A stretch of 64,000 bases of DNA, from assembly GCA_964188305.1 (NCBI GenBank), contig OZ076887.1; one strand, 5' to 3'. The translations under genes and the position numbers were made by a program. Below are positions 1-14,000 of the stretch, piece after piece. Under the pieces are notes generated by a model. That model did not search any database and was not told where the DNA came from. It saw only the letters and a program-made list of their open reading frames with translations. Source of the stretch: Podarcis bocagei (taxonomy: Eukaryota). Position 1 is the first letter of the stretch. The number at the start of each line of letters is the position of its first letter.

Positions 1-3000
1 AGGTTTCTGGTTGCTCTTGATGGACCCTTATCCTCACTTTGGAGTTTATGATGGAATTTGCCTTTGAATATATAAATTGATAGGGGTGAGAGAAAGCTGT
101 GGGGCATTATCCTCCTAACATGTGTTATAGATAGGGTTGTGTCTAATTGTAGTACTACTTGAGGGATCTGGCATAAGAGTAGTTAAGCTGTAAGTGCAAC
201 AAATGTGCACTGTGTGTCGTATTCATTTAAGAAGCACCTGAGACAGAGCTTTTGGGATGGCATCCCTCACACTTTGGAATGCACTCCACCCAGAAATTAG
301 GATGGTGGCAACCATTTGTTTTTTATACTCTCCCCCCTACCCTTTTCAGGGTAGCTTTGTAGAATATTGTTCCTGCTGACTTTACTCATATTCAGTTAGA
401 AAATACTGGGTACAGAAAGTCCGTTGTTTGATCTGGCATTCCAGTTTTCTGAAAAACCCTGTTGTCTTCATGTTCCTGCTGTGTTCATTTGAAGAATGTA
501 GCATTGTTTGCCTTTAGCTGATGAGGAAAGTACAGTAACTAAACAGAAATATTGGGCATTAGATGCTTTGATAGTGAGTTATCCATGGGCTGTTACTGTA
601 CATGACTCCCCAAGTTTGACTCTAATGTGGCTTTAGGCAAGCTACTCCCTCTCAGTAGATACCTACTATCTTCAATACAGTATGGGAATAAAAGTACTAA
701 CCCAATTTACATGCTGAGAGGATGAAATAGTGTACATGAGGCTGCAATCATATATTCACATAATCATAGGAAAGCCTCACTGAACTCATTAGGATTTACT
801 TATAAGTATAAATACTGAAAACATTGTTTTATTCCATACTCAAGAATCATAAAGATGGTTGATGGAATAAGTTCTTAGGAAGTACACTGTGGTGTCTACT
901 TTTTAACATATATTTTTGGCTGTCTCATTTCCAGGGCATAAGACTTCCAGGAAAGTTTGTAGCTTTACAAAATACTAGCCAGTGTATGAATACACATTTA
1001 TTTATCTGCTTCAATATGATTTACAACAGGAATAAAACTATGACTGTGAAATATTCAACAACACAATAGAAGTAGAATTATAAAAAATGATAATCATAGT
1101 AGTAGGCAATGAGAATTTGTACATAAACACTGTAACTAGAATTGACAACATTTTGCCTGAAATGTAGACTGTTGACAGTTTCTTGCACAACTGGATAAAT
1201 GGGTGTGTGATGGGCCACTTCCTAACTACCCTGGGCCCCGTGTTGTCTGAAGGAAGAGACCTGGCCGCTAACACAGTGTATCCTTCTGCTCTTCCCCTTG
1301 AAAAAACTTGCTGCCACTAGATAAAGGGGAATTAGTTCTACATGACTGCCTTTTATTAATCAGCCTACAAACTTTCCTTGGGTCCGCCTGAAGCTTCTTA
1401 ATGTATAACTTCTAGGTGTGGGGGTGTTAAAATAAAAGACCACTACAGGTTTATGAGCAAGGTAAAAAGTTTACTAAGATGGAGGAGGGGATAGTTTTAA
1501 GAAATGGCATATGTAAAAGTTAGAGAAAACCAATATTTTCCCCTGTAGAACAAACAAACAAACAAACAAGGGTTAAACATAATCCTTTCTCCCTCTAATT
1601 ACATATCCTAGAGCCAACTCTCAACTCTCCTCTGTTGCCCCCAGTGCAATCCCATTATACATTTCTTTGCCACCTTTTGTCTCACAGGCATACAAAAGCC
1701 TTTCGATGTTTCCTGATTTCCTCCTTGAACTGCATGCCTCCAGGCTAGATAAATACTTTGTCTACCTGCCTTGCCAGTCATAACCTGCAGGCTGCAGGAA
1801 GTCATAGAGCCCTTTGAAACAAGGGACATGCCAGCTCTCATATACACAGTGGAGTTCCCTCTTCCTAACTGATTCCCAGGTCAGGGCAAGGATCACAAAT
1901 TAATCCTGTAAGTCCCAAATGGACAGACCCCAAAAATATGCATTCCCACATTATGTGCAGCAGTCCATATAAATGCAATCGTCCATACACGAAGTCCACA
2001 TAAAGCTCATTTCCTTCATGGTGTGAATAGCCAGTCTTTCATTGGATCATGAGTCTAACAGAAGATATAGAACCAATATAGAACCTTAGTAAGGAGCATT
2101 AATTTTTAAGAAACATGGGTTTGAATCCAGACTTGAAGCACAACCTGACCGTATCAGATTAGTTGTAGATTCTGTTGAATTCAGTAGGGCTTACTTCCAG
2201 GTAGTAGGCTTAGGTTTGCAATGATAGTTGTGCTTAGAGTCGGCACACTGAAATCACTGAACTTAAGTTTGTCATTGATTGAAGCCCCGTTGATTTCAGT
2301 GGGTCTTCTCTAAGTATGACCAAGACTGGATGCAGGCCTATATTGCTAAGCTTTAAGGAAATGTGAGTAATGGGAAAGATGTCCCAAAGGACAAAAGCAG
2401 AAACGTTTTGTTTAATGACTTCCATGGAATGAATGTGCTATATGAGCCCTAATGTTCACAGCATCAGTCATGCTACAGCTTAAGATGGGCCAGTGATTAG
2501 CTCCTATGTATGGATTATGGGACAGACATGGCAAGGGCAAGAGTTCAGCATTTGCTTATTGGGTTATGCTACTGCCTTGGAGCAGGCAGCCCATTTATGC
2601 AGCCTCAAAGCTATTACCATTACCTTGCTAGGGGGGGAATGCAATGCATCTGTGTTCTCCTTAGTTTTCTCTCTGTCCAATGTTGCATTTACTGAAACAA
2701 CAAAGTTTTGTATTGTGAAGATTTTTTCTTTAGTTCTGCATCAAGGGTACCAAACTTTGTTTCCTGCTGCTTGATCAGACATAGGCCTTAAGGTCAGTGG
2801 AATGTTCTTTGCAGAAAGAAAACTGAATTTTCCAGTGTAGGCTTTGAAATGACAAGCAGAAAAATTAATTTTCCAAGGTCTTTGGTAAAGTAACAGTGAA
2901 ATCATTTTCCCCCAGCTGGCAACCCATGAAGAGGATAATACCATGTAGTTAATCTTCCGTATATAAAAATTTAAAAAGTGCAAGAACCATTGTTATTTTT

Positions 3001-3234
3001 AATCCTCTCTATTTTGTATTCTCATAGGTGTGATAAAGTAACTTTCTCCACATAACACCTTTCATTTGCTGATTTTTTTTGTAGCTACTGAAAGGAAAGT
3101 TGGAAGACCAGTTTCTGCTCTAGATACTTCTGTTTATGATTTCACTTTTTGAAGATTATTAAAGTTCCTTTCCTTAAAGTTGATGTTCTGAAGTACTAAG
3201 GAGTGACATGCTTTCTCTGAGCACAGGAAGTCCA

Positions 3235-3370
3235 TATCGGTCCATGAATTTGTCTAATCCCATTTTAAAGCCATCTAAGCCAATGATCATTGCATCACCT
3301 CGTGGCAGCAAATTCCATAAATTAATTACGCACAGTGTGTGTGGGGGGAAATACTTCCTTTTGTCTTCCC
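3235..3370 (-). mobile_element. CR1-type LINE 3' fragment
   Basis: catgaatttgtctaatcccattttaaagccatctaag...aaatacttccttttgtc resembles the reverse strand of squamate CR1 ORF2 3' end. Confidence 0.6.
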
Positions 3371-4548
3371 TGACATAATCTACAACTGCCCGCCATTTTC
3401 AAGGTGCAGTAGAGATGGCAAAACCTGCTTTACATTCTGCCCCTGGGGTATTCCCAGTTTCTAAAGATCAGGTTCACTGCCCGGGCTAACAAAGTCTCAG
3501 AATTTTCTCCCATATAAGTAAATACCTGCATTTGTTCCTGGAGAGTGGGAGTAGAGTACCTCGCTTAGGGACCGTTTTCTGTTATAGCTTAAAAAATGCC
3601 CATTGCTTGTGATATTAGGTGGCCAATCCGTCACTGTATGTGTGAGAAAGAGACAATTGTGGGTAGGAGCAATATGTTTATGCCCGCTTCCCTGCCCCCA
3701 ATAACTATAAAATTACAGTTCAGGGTGGAAGGGAATACCAAGTATTGAGAAAGATTCCACAGTGTTGATTGAGCTAGTTGCTGCAGTGCCCAAATTCTGA
3801 ATGCCCTCGGATGGAAATAATGTAAGCCAGGAGTCTTTGACCTTTGTGGGGCTGGGGGCACAGTTGCAAACCAGTGAAGCCACACACACACTTGCCACCA
3901 AGCATTCTACTGAAACATACTCTGTTGGCTGCAGTCGAGTGCTTTATCGAGCTGAATTTCAGGTGGGGGGAGGAGGCCCTGCGCGCACCTGAGAGGCCTC
4001 TGAGGGAGCATAGTTCAAAACTAAAAAGCTTTTATCAGCTAAGTGTGATTCAGGGTGTTTTATTGCATCTTAGAGTTTCCTTGACCTCATGAACTCATCT
4101 TTAGCATTGCCAAATGAAGATTTGGGGTCTCATGTGTTTTAGGATACGTATGCGACCTTTTTGTTCTTCATAGCTACATAATTAAATCTGTTTCACGCTT
4201 TCCAAATGCTAAATCTGAGTATTATTACCAAGGTGTAAAATTAGTTTTTGCAACATCTGTTTTGGAAGTGTTCTTTTTTCCTCTTTAGTTGGTTGCAGTT
4301 TTGGTGGAAAAGCAAAGGAAAACATTTGCAGCATCTAACTTGTTTTATAAATTTGAAAGGGGTTTTATGCCAGGAACTGGAGAAAGAGAAAAGATCTGAT
4401 TGGTTGAGTTAGCCACGTGAGCATACATTGCTCTTGGGCATTTGATTTAGTGCATGTTTCCACAACTTGCGACCCATCAAGCTAAAAGCAGTGCCCAAGC
4501 CACTTACAGTTGCCTATTAGAGGCTTCAGAAACTTCCTTCCTTTTCAG

Positions 4549-4592
4549 GTTGTCTGTCTGGAACTGCTGAAGGAAGAGATTTCTCAAATATG
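4549..4592 (+). other. DOP1A: Candidate DOP1A 5'UTR exon with possible GC donor
   Basis: Strong acceptor cttccttccttttcag ends at 4548; possible donor TG/gcaagc at 4593. Human DOP1A has non-coding exons before the ATG exon. Unverified. Confidence 0.3.
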
Positions 4593-4956
4593 GCAAGCCC
4601 CAAAAGAGGAATCACAAATTGTGCCTTAAAATTGTATAAAATTAATGAGATTCTCTTCACATAAAATGCAGACTGTTTATCCACTTGGAGTATTGGATCA
4701 CTATTTATGAGCTCACCAGATTTCTTTAAAAACAAAATGAGCTTCACTAGTTTCTTTCTCAAAAACAAAAATTTGATCATATTTTTTACAGACTTCATGT
4801 TACCTGTGTCTATCATGGCCATATATATTTGCTTAACTGTCTGAATGAATGCAACAGTAAAAAGTTATGGATTAGGGAAATCATGTTGCTCCATCTTTTT
4901 CAGTTCACAACTTTACATGAATTACAATCTGGTCTCTAGTGGGACTCTGCGGGAGG

Positions 4957-5094
4957 ATGAATGCGGAGGAGCTGGAGCTACTGGGTGATTCCAAGTACAG
5001 AAACTATGTAGCAGCTGTCGACAAAGCTCTAAAAAGCTTCGAGTACTCCAGTGAATGGGCTGATTTAATCTCATCCCTTGGAAAGCTTAACAAG
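4957..5094 (+). CDS. DOP1A: DOP1A coding exon 1 (exon begins 4904)
   Basis: Acceptor ctttttcag at 4903, ATG 4957; MNAEELELL...LGKLNK; donor gtatga. Confidence 0.96.
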
Positions 5095-8000
5095 GTATGA
5101 GAAGACTTAGAAGGATTGGGTGAAACCCATGCAAAGTTTTGAGGGGGGAATTGAAATAATTAAGTATAAAGCATTTGGAATCTAAATTCCCCTGCCAGAC
5201 TATTTAAAAAAGGAGTGGACTGGCAGATCATTTTAATCATCAGTTTATTACTTACTGTAGTGGGTGTCAGAATTCTGAAATGCCAAACTCTTCTGCTTGG
5301 CGGATACTTTCTCTTAGGCTACACACCAGATAAAGGTTTTGGAATGAGTTATTATGAAGGGAAGGAGGGTGGAACACCCTGTCATAATGATGGCAGAAGA
5401 TTGACACTTGCCACAGTTTTTAAAAAGTCACTGTCGTTACATCTGTCTGGCGACTGGCACCAGGAGTGCACATTCTAAGAACCTTATTCTGTAGAGGGGG
5501 GAAATGTCCCTTTTAAAACGGAGCATTTTCTCTTGCTAGAGGAAGCATTTTGGTTCATATATTAATAAACAATAATAAAATTGAATGTATGTAAATCAAG
5601 ATTCTTCATCACTCCCTAGAAGTGTTGCATGCCTACTGATTTAAATAACTGAAGTGTTAGTTTATGCCATACGAGGTGTGTGCTTGCTTTGACCGATAAA
5701 ACACACCATAATGGCCTGAAAAATAAAGGAACCTTTTAACTTTTGAACGGGGAACTTGTGGCCGTCTCATGTTGTTGGACTTCAGCTCCCATCTTCCCCA
5801 TCCAGCCTGGACAGCAGTTGGGGATTGTGGGAATTGGAGCTTAGCAGTGTTGAATGGGCCACACGGATCCAACCCCCGTTTTAACCTGCTGTGGCTTCCT
5901 GTGAGTGAATTTTGTAATGTAGATAAGGCAGCGAGTTAATAAAGCAGGTCAGTTTGTTACATCAGAAGTTTGGGAATCTCCATGAGAGGTGGTTTTCCTA
6001 ATGCATCACATCCTGCCAAGGGGAACGGATTCAGAAACCTTCAAATCGATCAGTTCTGTAAACTGCTGTCTGAGAGAAATTGGGTTTTGAATGTCTTGCA
6101 ATGTTTTCTGTCAGGTTCTTCAAAACAATGCAAAGTACCAAGTAGTACCAAAAAAGCTGACCATAGGAAAGCGCCTTGCCCAATGCCTTCACCCTGCCTT
6201 GCCAGGTGGGGTGCACCGGAAGGCCCTTGAGACGTATGAGATCATCTTCAAAATCATTGGGCCCAAGCGTCTGGCCAAAGATCTCTTCCTATACAGGTAA
6301 AAAGAATGACCTTTATATTGTATTCTGAGCATTAGCTTGCTGTAATCAAGAATTGTTTTTATTTGAATAAGTCAACAGTATAAATCCTGTAGTACATTTC
6401 ACTTGGGTCAGAATGTAGATAAATTTAGCAGTGTGAGCTGCTGCTAATGTTACAGTAGAAAATTAAAGGCATATTAACTTGCAGCGTATTCCTAATTCCC
6501 TGATTAGGGACAGGACATAGCCAGCTGTGGGCGCCTCTGCTGTGATAACTTGGAGTTGGTGCAGCAAATATGAAGGAAAAAAACCACCACCACCTTCCAT
6601 CCTGGCTAGTACAAGTGGCAGGGCTTTGGATGTGACAGTGGCTCCACCTCTCTGCTATCCAGGTTCATTTAGGATTTAGGTTTTGCCCATTCAGGAGATA
6701 TGGGGGGAAAACAGAGAAAGCTACATTATATTTGGTAGTATAAATGATAAGAAGCAAAACTATTTGTTGAGGTGTGTGACATAGTTGTAGACAAATTCAT
6801 AGGCTATAAATATACCAGTATTATCCAAATTGGAATCATTTTAGAGGAGTAGAATAATAAAGGCTTTGCTGAACACACAGAAACACATACACACATAGGT
6901 GATAATAAAATGAAAATGGACATAACCGGAAGTCTTTGAAACCTCTTATTTATTAATTATGAGGATCTGGTTACCAAATAAGAGGGGCATGAAAGGAGAT
7001 ACATATCTACTCTGAGCATATGTTTCTCTTACATCTCTTGTTTGTATTGCACTTAGAGGGCAGAAGCACTGAATCCCAGTATAACCAGAATGTTGAAGGC
7101 AAGGATTGAATTCAGGAGTTAAGATGCTCAATTTGAATGGAGTGGCAATAGCATGCTTATTAATAAAGGCATGAATGGTTTTCAGCTTTTTAGCTATGTT
7201 TTTAAATGGTAGCTTTGCATTTTCATGTTTCACTGGATAATCTCCACAATTCCATTACTGTGTATAGTGTCTCATTCAAAACAAGCCTCTCTGTTGGGTA
7301 GGATCTCGTGGGAAATGGTGATGTTCTTCAGGAAAACTTACTAGTCTGTGAAATGGATCCGGAGAATGTATAGATTAAGCAGCCTTTCTCTTTGTTAGTT
7401 GGTTATCCTCATATGCTGAAAATTATCCATATAAACCAGTCCAGCCTCTCAGTACCCTTTTGTATCTCTCTGTTTTTTTCCAAAACAGTTCTGGGCTTTT
7501 CCCTCTGCTTGCGAATGCTGCTATGTCTGTCAAACCAGCATTACTCAGTCTGTATGAAGTTTATTACCTTCCTTTGGGCAAAACGTTGAAACCGGGCTTG
7601 CAAGGATTGTTAACTGGGATACTTCCTGGCTTGGAGGAAGGTTCAGAGTATTATGAGAGGTAAGGCTATGGGCTAATGTAATACCACTGTTATAAAATCT
7701 TCTGCACTGTGAACATTTCTAAGATACTAATCTTAACTGGTTGTCCCTCAATGCAAACTTAATAGGTAGGGCAGGGAAGAGGTGGAGGTGGCGGCACTCT
7801 GTGCACAAAATAGTATATAGTCCAAGAAACTAGGCATTCTCAAAGCACAGACTCTCCAGATTCTGCCAGAGAATTGCTGTATCGGACCCCCAAGAATAAG
7901 TTAGTACTGGGGATGTTTTGTCATCCCCTGAGTGATCTTGAGGTGGAGAATGAAATCAAGGAAGTAGCCAAAGGAGGAAGTTCTGTAGTAATTGGTGACT

Positions 8001-11000
8001 TCAGTTACCCTCACGTGCATGTTCCAGTCACAATAAAGAGGTAAAATTTCTAGATACGCTAAGGAACTGCCTTGGAACAGTCTGTTATAGAACAGGTGAA
8101 AGGAATGGCAACCCTGTACTTTATCATCAGTTGTTCCTGGGACCCAGTTTGAGATGTAACCGTTGTTGAACTGCTAGGTAAAGTGACCATAGTGTTATCA
8201 CCTTCATAGTGTTATCACCTCCTCTTCTTCTTCTTCTTCTACCTTCAACATATATGTGAGTGGACAGTTGCCAAGAGAATCAAACACATCTGAAGTCACA
8301 TTTGACTTCAAAAGAAAGAGCCTTTATAAAATGACGGTATTGGTAAAAAGGAAGTTGAAAGGGTAAGTCGAGAGAGTCAAAACTTTCCAGTACAAAACTG
8401 AAACTGAAACCTGTATAAGCACAGCAGTGAAAACAATTTAAAACCACCAAGAAAGAAATTTAAATATAATGTAGCAGGTATAACTACGACCAAGTTGGTT
8501 TTTTGTTTTCTTTTAATGGCCTTCTGTTTTAATTGAGGTAAGTCAGGTATATCAACCCAGATTTCTGAGCCTTCCAGATTTATTTATTTACCATTTTACT
8601 TCCACACGCTCTTGTTGCTCATGCCACAGAACCAACACTCTGCTGGAGAAGGTAGCTGCCGCAGTGGACCAATCAGCTTTCTACAGTGCACTCTGGGGTA
8701 GTCTTCTCACTAGTCCTGCTGTTCGGTTGCCTGGCATTACTTATGTCCTCTCCCATCTAAACAGGAAGCTTTCCATGGAAGACCAGCTTTATATAATAGG
8801 CAGTGACATTGAACTGATGGTAAGAGTCGGTAAAGTTTTGTTTATGGAATAGCCCAGCCCCAGTTCATTATCTTCATCACCTTTTGAAATAACTATTGCG
8901 TAAGGAATACATCCTGTTTACTTTCTAGCAGCAGATGAACTTGCAAAAAATCTGCATGTTAGAAATATTTTAAAAATGCTGATACAAATGATGAGAATAC
9001 TTTCGAAGTATGGCATTTCTTTGCCCATCAGACCAAACCAACGAGCATGCTTTAAAGTTAAGCACATTTTAAAGGCACAGAGAGAGGATTAAGCATTTCC
9101 CATTGAAATTGGTAGGACTTAAAAGAGCTTAACGTTGGCCGGAGAACTTTGCTTGAAAAGCCAAGTAATCCTTTATACTTTTTAAGTCACTTAGCGCTTA
9201 TGAGATCAGCATTTTTAAAATCTTGTTTCTGAAGGTCTGTGTTTTGTTTCCTAAAATAGCATTCAATATTTTTTTCACAGCGTAGCTATGGCCAAGTATA
9301 TCTAAAATGTGTTTAAATTTGGAGCACAGGGTTTGTGTGGAGAAATAGTTACATTTTCTGGTATTTACTCTGTGAGATGCCATGGTATTATAGGACTGAG
9401 TATCTGATATTATCTATTATTTTCCAAGTGTTTTCGTAATTTTATTCCTACAAGCCCTATGTTACTTACGTTCTTTCCATGTTGCTTGATATTGACTCAG
9501 ATCAGGTCAGATTCCTCAGAGATAAGTTCACAATCTCTGAGCCTTATGTCTCCTTTGCTTGCTTGCTTGCTTGCTTGATTGATTGATTGATTGGTGTGCC
9601 TCTTCCTTCCCTCCAAGACCACTGGGCATTCAGACATAGGATGAACATGTGTAAAAGCCAATGTCCAGATTCTGTGGAGGGAAGGAGGACACAGTCATGC
9701 TTATCCTGCTGTGCTTAGGGAGAGAATCATCCTAACTGAACCTCTAGTTCAAGAAGTCTGTGATGTTTGTGTGCATGTGTATAAACAAAATCAGCATTGC
9801 TAATTATGCCTATACTAATGGTAATTTTATTTCAGGTGGAAGCAGTAAGCACCTCAGTGCAGGATTCCAGTGTACTAGTACAGAGAAGCACACTGGACCT
9901 GATACTTTTCTGTTTTCCATTCCACATGAGTCAGGTAAAACACTGCTGAATGAGTATTCCGCGAATCACTCTGTTGCATATACGTATTACCCATGGGTGC
10001 AGTCTTCAACCAACGTTTCCTAAAAGACTCCCCAAGATTTGAATAATAACATGTTCTGGTGTAAGAGATTAACTCTCCAGCTAAAAGACCTCTTAAATAC
10101 TTACTCCAGAGGGTTCCCTTCATGCATACAATGCCAATTTTTCTTTCTGGTATCAATCCCTCATGCTGCAAGGAGTCCTGAAAGTACCCCTGGATTTTGG
10201 TAGTGGTTTTTCAGCCATCATAGGAGGCCGCTGCATAGGAGAGGCTAAAAAGACTGTGTGTTGTGGTGCTGGTAGTGCTTTTTTTGCTGCCACCTTTGCT
10301 AATGATTTTGGCCCTTGTGGTATTTAATCATGTTTCCTGGTATTAAAATAACAACCCAGGAAAAGTTTTGTTCTTTGATCAAGTTTTTTTTTTTGTCACC
10401 TTTGAAAGCGCAAGAAATGTTGTATTTGGAAATTCATGTCTTAGTTCAAACAACTGCATTGTTTAAGACCATTGTTACTGTGTGTAACGTAATGTGTGTG
10501 GTAGTTGCACACACAGATGGAAATGTATATCAGAGCTCTGAATTTGAGACGTGATGACCAGAGCAGACCATTTGAGTTCATCCATTATATCAGCAACTCT
10601 CAGGAACACGTTATTGAAATAGCAATATACAGCTTTTGCAAACGAGTAGCGTTACTTGGCATTGACTGAAACTTGGTAATTAGCTGGCTTGTATTCTGTG
10701 TCAGCAAAGTTGTGAAGGTAAGCAAGTGAATATAAGCTATTTATTTGTCTTAAAAATAGATTGGCCAACCCAGACTGCCTCTGATATCTTTGATCATTTT
10801 CTTGCTTATATTAGATCAATGTAGTGATCAGCATTTAACTCTGCATTACAGTTGTGTGTTCAGGGGGAAACATGATTTCTTTCTCCCCGGTGATTATTTT
10901 ATTATCATTGCAATGTAAATGTTAGGCTTTGCTTTTTGTGTACTTCATTAGATTAAATCGCCTGAAACTAGGTATAGGCTTCAAGGAGAGATGTGGTTGT

Positions 11001-14000
11001 TGTCTGCTGGTGCCGGCAAAGGCGCAAGCCACTTAGAAGGGGTTGATTAAAAACAGGCAGCCTAGATTTTTTTTGTCAGATTCCAGATCTCAGCCTGCAT
11101 GAATCCACAGGTACTGGGATGTGAATAAAAATATTTTTTTCTCCTATACAACAAAACTCTTGAGTGTAACACCTGCTGCAGTTTTTTGTTTAAATGTAAC
11201 ATTCGCAATTTTAGGCGACGCGCCCAGACATGATCAGAATTCTGTCAGCATCTCTTCATGTAGTCCTGCGCAGAGACATGTCACTCAATAGAAGGCTTTA
11301 TGCCTGGCTTCTAGGTAGGTGCGGGATTTATATTTTTATAAAATCAACTGGTACCTCATTGTAACTGTAACACTGTAAACTCCCCTTCATTTTAGTATGT
11401 GCGGTTTTATTTTGGACTAAAGTTTGTTGCGGAACATTTTGAATGTTCCTGTAGCTATTGCTGTTGTGTTATGGCTGACTGAAGATACAATAAATTTATA
11501 ATTTATTTGTAGTTTATAATCTGCCTTTTAATTCAGAAGAAGTTTTGAAGCAGGGAACTTTTTGTTTTAAGTGCACACCTAAAATGCAGTTTAAAACATC
11601 AGTAGTAACAGTAACTGAACCAGCAGCTTATCTCCGCCAGCACACCTAGCTAAATGAATGCATACGTACGTACATACATACATACATACATGCCATATAA
11701 ATTTCTACCATAAAGGTAAAGGGACCCCTGACCATTAGGTCCAGTTGCAGACTACTCTGGGGTTGCGGCGCTCATCTCGCTTTACTGGCTGAGGGAGCTG
11801 GCGTACAGCTTCCGGGTCATATGGCCAGCATGACTAAACCACTTCTGGCAAACCAGAGCAGCGCACGGAAACGCCGTTTCCCTTCCCGCCGGACTGGTAC
11901 CTATTTATCTACTTGCACTTTGACGTGCTTTCGAACTGGTTGGCAGGAGCTGGGACCGAACAATGGGAGCTCACCCCATCATGGGGATTCGAACCACCAA
12001 CCTTCCGATCGGCAAGCTCTAGGCTCTGTGGTTTAACCCACAGAGCCACCTGCGTCGCCATGTTAGAGAATAAAACTTGGTACTGGGGAACTGCTGCTCC
12101 AGCTCTTGGAATTTGCCTTATGTGGTTCTGCAAGGGTCTGCATTGTCTTGGCATCATTTTCATCACCTACATCAGAGATGGCTCACATGCTACCCGTCAC
12201 ATGTTCCTGGACCAGTTGTTCCACCTGCCCTAGCTGGCATGCTCATTGGTCAGGGGTGATGGGAGTTGTAGTTCAACAACCTCTGGAGGGTATCCCATGT
12301 AACTGCTTGGAGAGGCTGTTCAAAAATTGTGAGAATGAGGAGGCTTCATTAGTGTGCTTGGCTCTGTTCCTCCTTGTCAGACTTAAAGCAGACAAGATGG
12401 TGATGTTAATAGAAGGGGACCTGCTTGACACCAGAGTCGTGGTTTTCCTGTTCCAGTTGGGGTCCTGCTTCCCCTAAAGGAGAATTTGGGTGTGGAGTTT
12501 GGGCATGCTACTGGACTCAACATTGCTCCTGGATTTTCCAGAGCATCTTTTATGGCCGGTTGACAGCTGTATCTAGCAAAGGATAGCCTGGCTACTACCA
12601 GCCTTTGTAACCTCCAAGCTAGACTGTTGTAATGTACTTTATCTGAGACTACAATTGAAGAGCGTTGAGCCATGCATTGAGATATAAGTAATAAATAAAT
12701 TTGCCACCTATACCATCCAGCGCAAATTGGGATAGCCTATATAAATCAGCTATAAAATGCACGTTATTTCATAACCCAACCTTGCACTAGTAGGTAATGT
12801 TTTCTTAGCTTCATAATAATAAAACTCAGCTTCAAATATGCATACAGAAGCCAGATTGTCTTTTTATTAATAACAAGATTTCCACTTCTTTGATGCAGAC
12901 TGGCCACAGACTGATGTGATGTAATGCTTAACAGTGCAGTCTTATGCTTGTTTACTCAGAAGTTAGTATGTTTAGGATTGCAGCCTGAGAGAACTATGAA
13001 TCAGGATCTCCCTAGTGGAAATCTCAGCCCAGCTTTGATCTTGCCAAGTAGCCTTTAGGCATGCCGCCATTCTCGGTCTCAGCAATGCAGAGTGACCTAC
13101 CTTAGAGGATGGTTGTAATTATTAGAATGAAATGATGTATGTGAACCAATGTAAACATTCAAAAGTGCCATGACTATAGTAGAATTCTTGTAAAGTCTAA
13201 ATTTATATTTCCTCCCATCACTGGAAAATTAAGTGTGGCATTCATCATCCAGAATGCCAGGAATTCCTGTAGAAGTGAAAATAGCTTGATGTTTTGCTCT
13301 TTGTGTCACCAGTTGCCTTTTATTAAATTAAATTTAAAATGGTCTTTCCTCTTGCGAACAATATTTGGACGGCAAAATGGTAAGTTATCAGAACTAAGCC
13401 ATTGTTCTCACTGTTCGTTCTTCTTTACCAACTTATTTAAACACTGTGTTAATTTGCCATATGCTTTTTCCTTTTCCTTTTGCTTGAAGGTTTTGATAAC
13501 AATGGTGCCATTATAGGACCTAGAAGCACAAGGCATAGCAATCCTGAAGAACATGCTACGTACTACTTCAATACTTTCTCTAAGGAAATGCTAGTTCAGG
13601 TAGTCATGCTTTCGATATGTTGTTCGTGTGTCCCTTGTAGGTTCTCCAAAATGGCTGGTGGGCTCTGTTCAGCTTGGTAGATCACAAGCTGTCCAGTCTT
13701 TCTATAGGGGTTCCTCTTGCTAATGGCAAACATGCCACCTGATTAGCTGACTCTAAGCCAAACCTGTTTTGTGGCGCACCTTTTGACCCATATTGAAAGG
13801 ATTTATTGTGTTGTGCAAAATGTGAGACTGGGAGTAGACTACACATTTGCAAATACTAGGGGAGCATTTTGTTCAAAGCTAGTACCATTTTGGGGAAGCA
13901 AGCAGTTTGCTTGACTGTGCAAGGAACCAGAAAGTTCTCTTCAACTCTTCTTCTAAAAGCAGTAGCGTTATAACTTTTAAATGCAAGCAGTTATCATTCA

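Noticed and set aside
1417-1950. Possible old solo LTR (TGTGGG...CCCACA)
   Set aside because: TSD unconvincing (ctagg versus ttatg) and boundaries ambiguous
1-4500. DOP1A promoter or first exon
   Set aside because: No CpG island here; the transcription start is presumably upstream of the window
11960-12058. tRNA-like box A/B sequence
   Set aside because: It is the Sauria SINE head, not a tRNA gene
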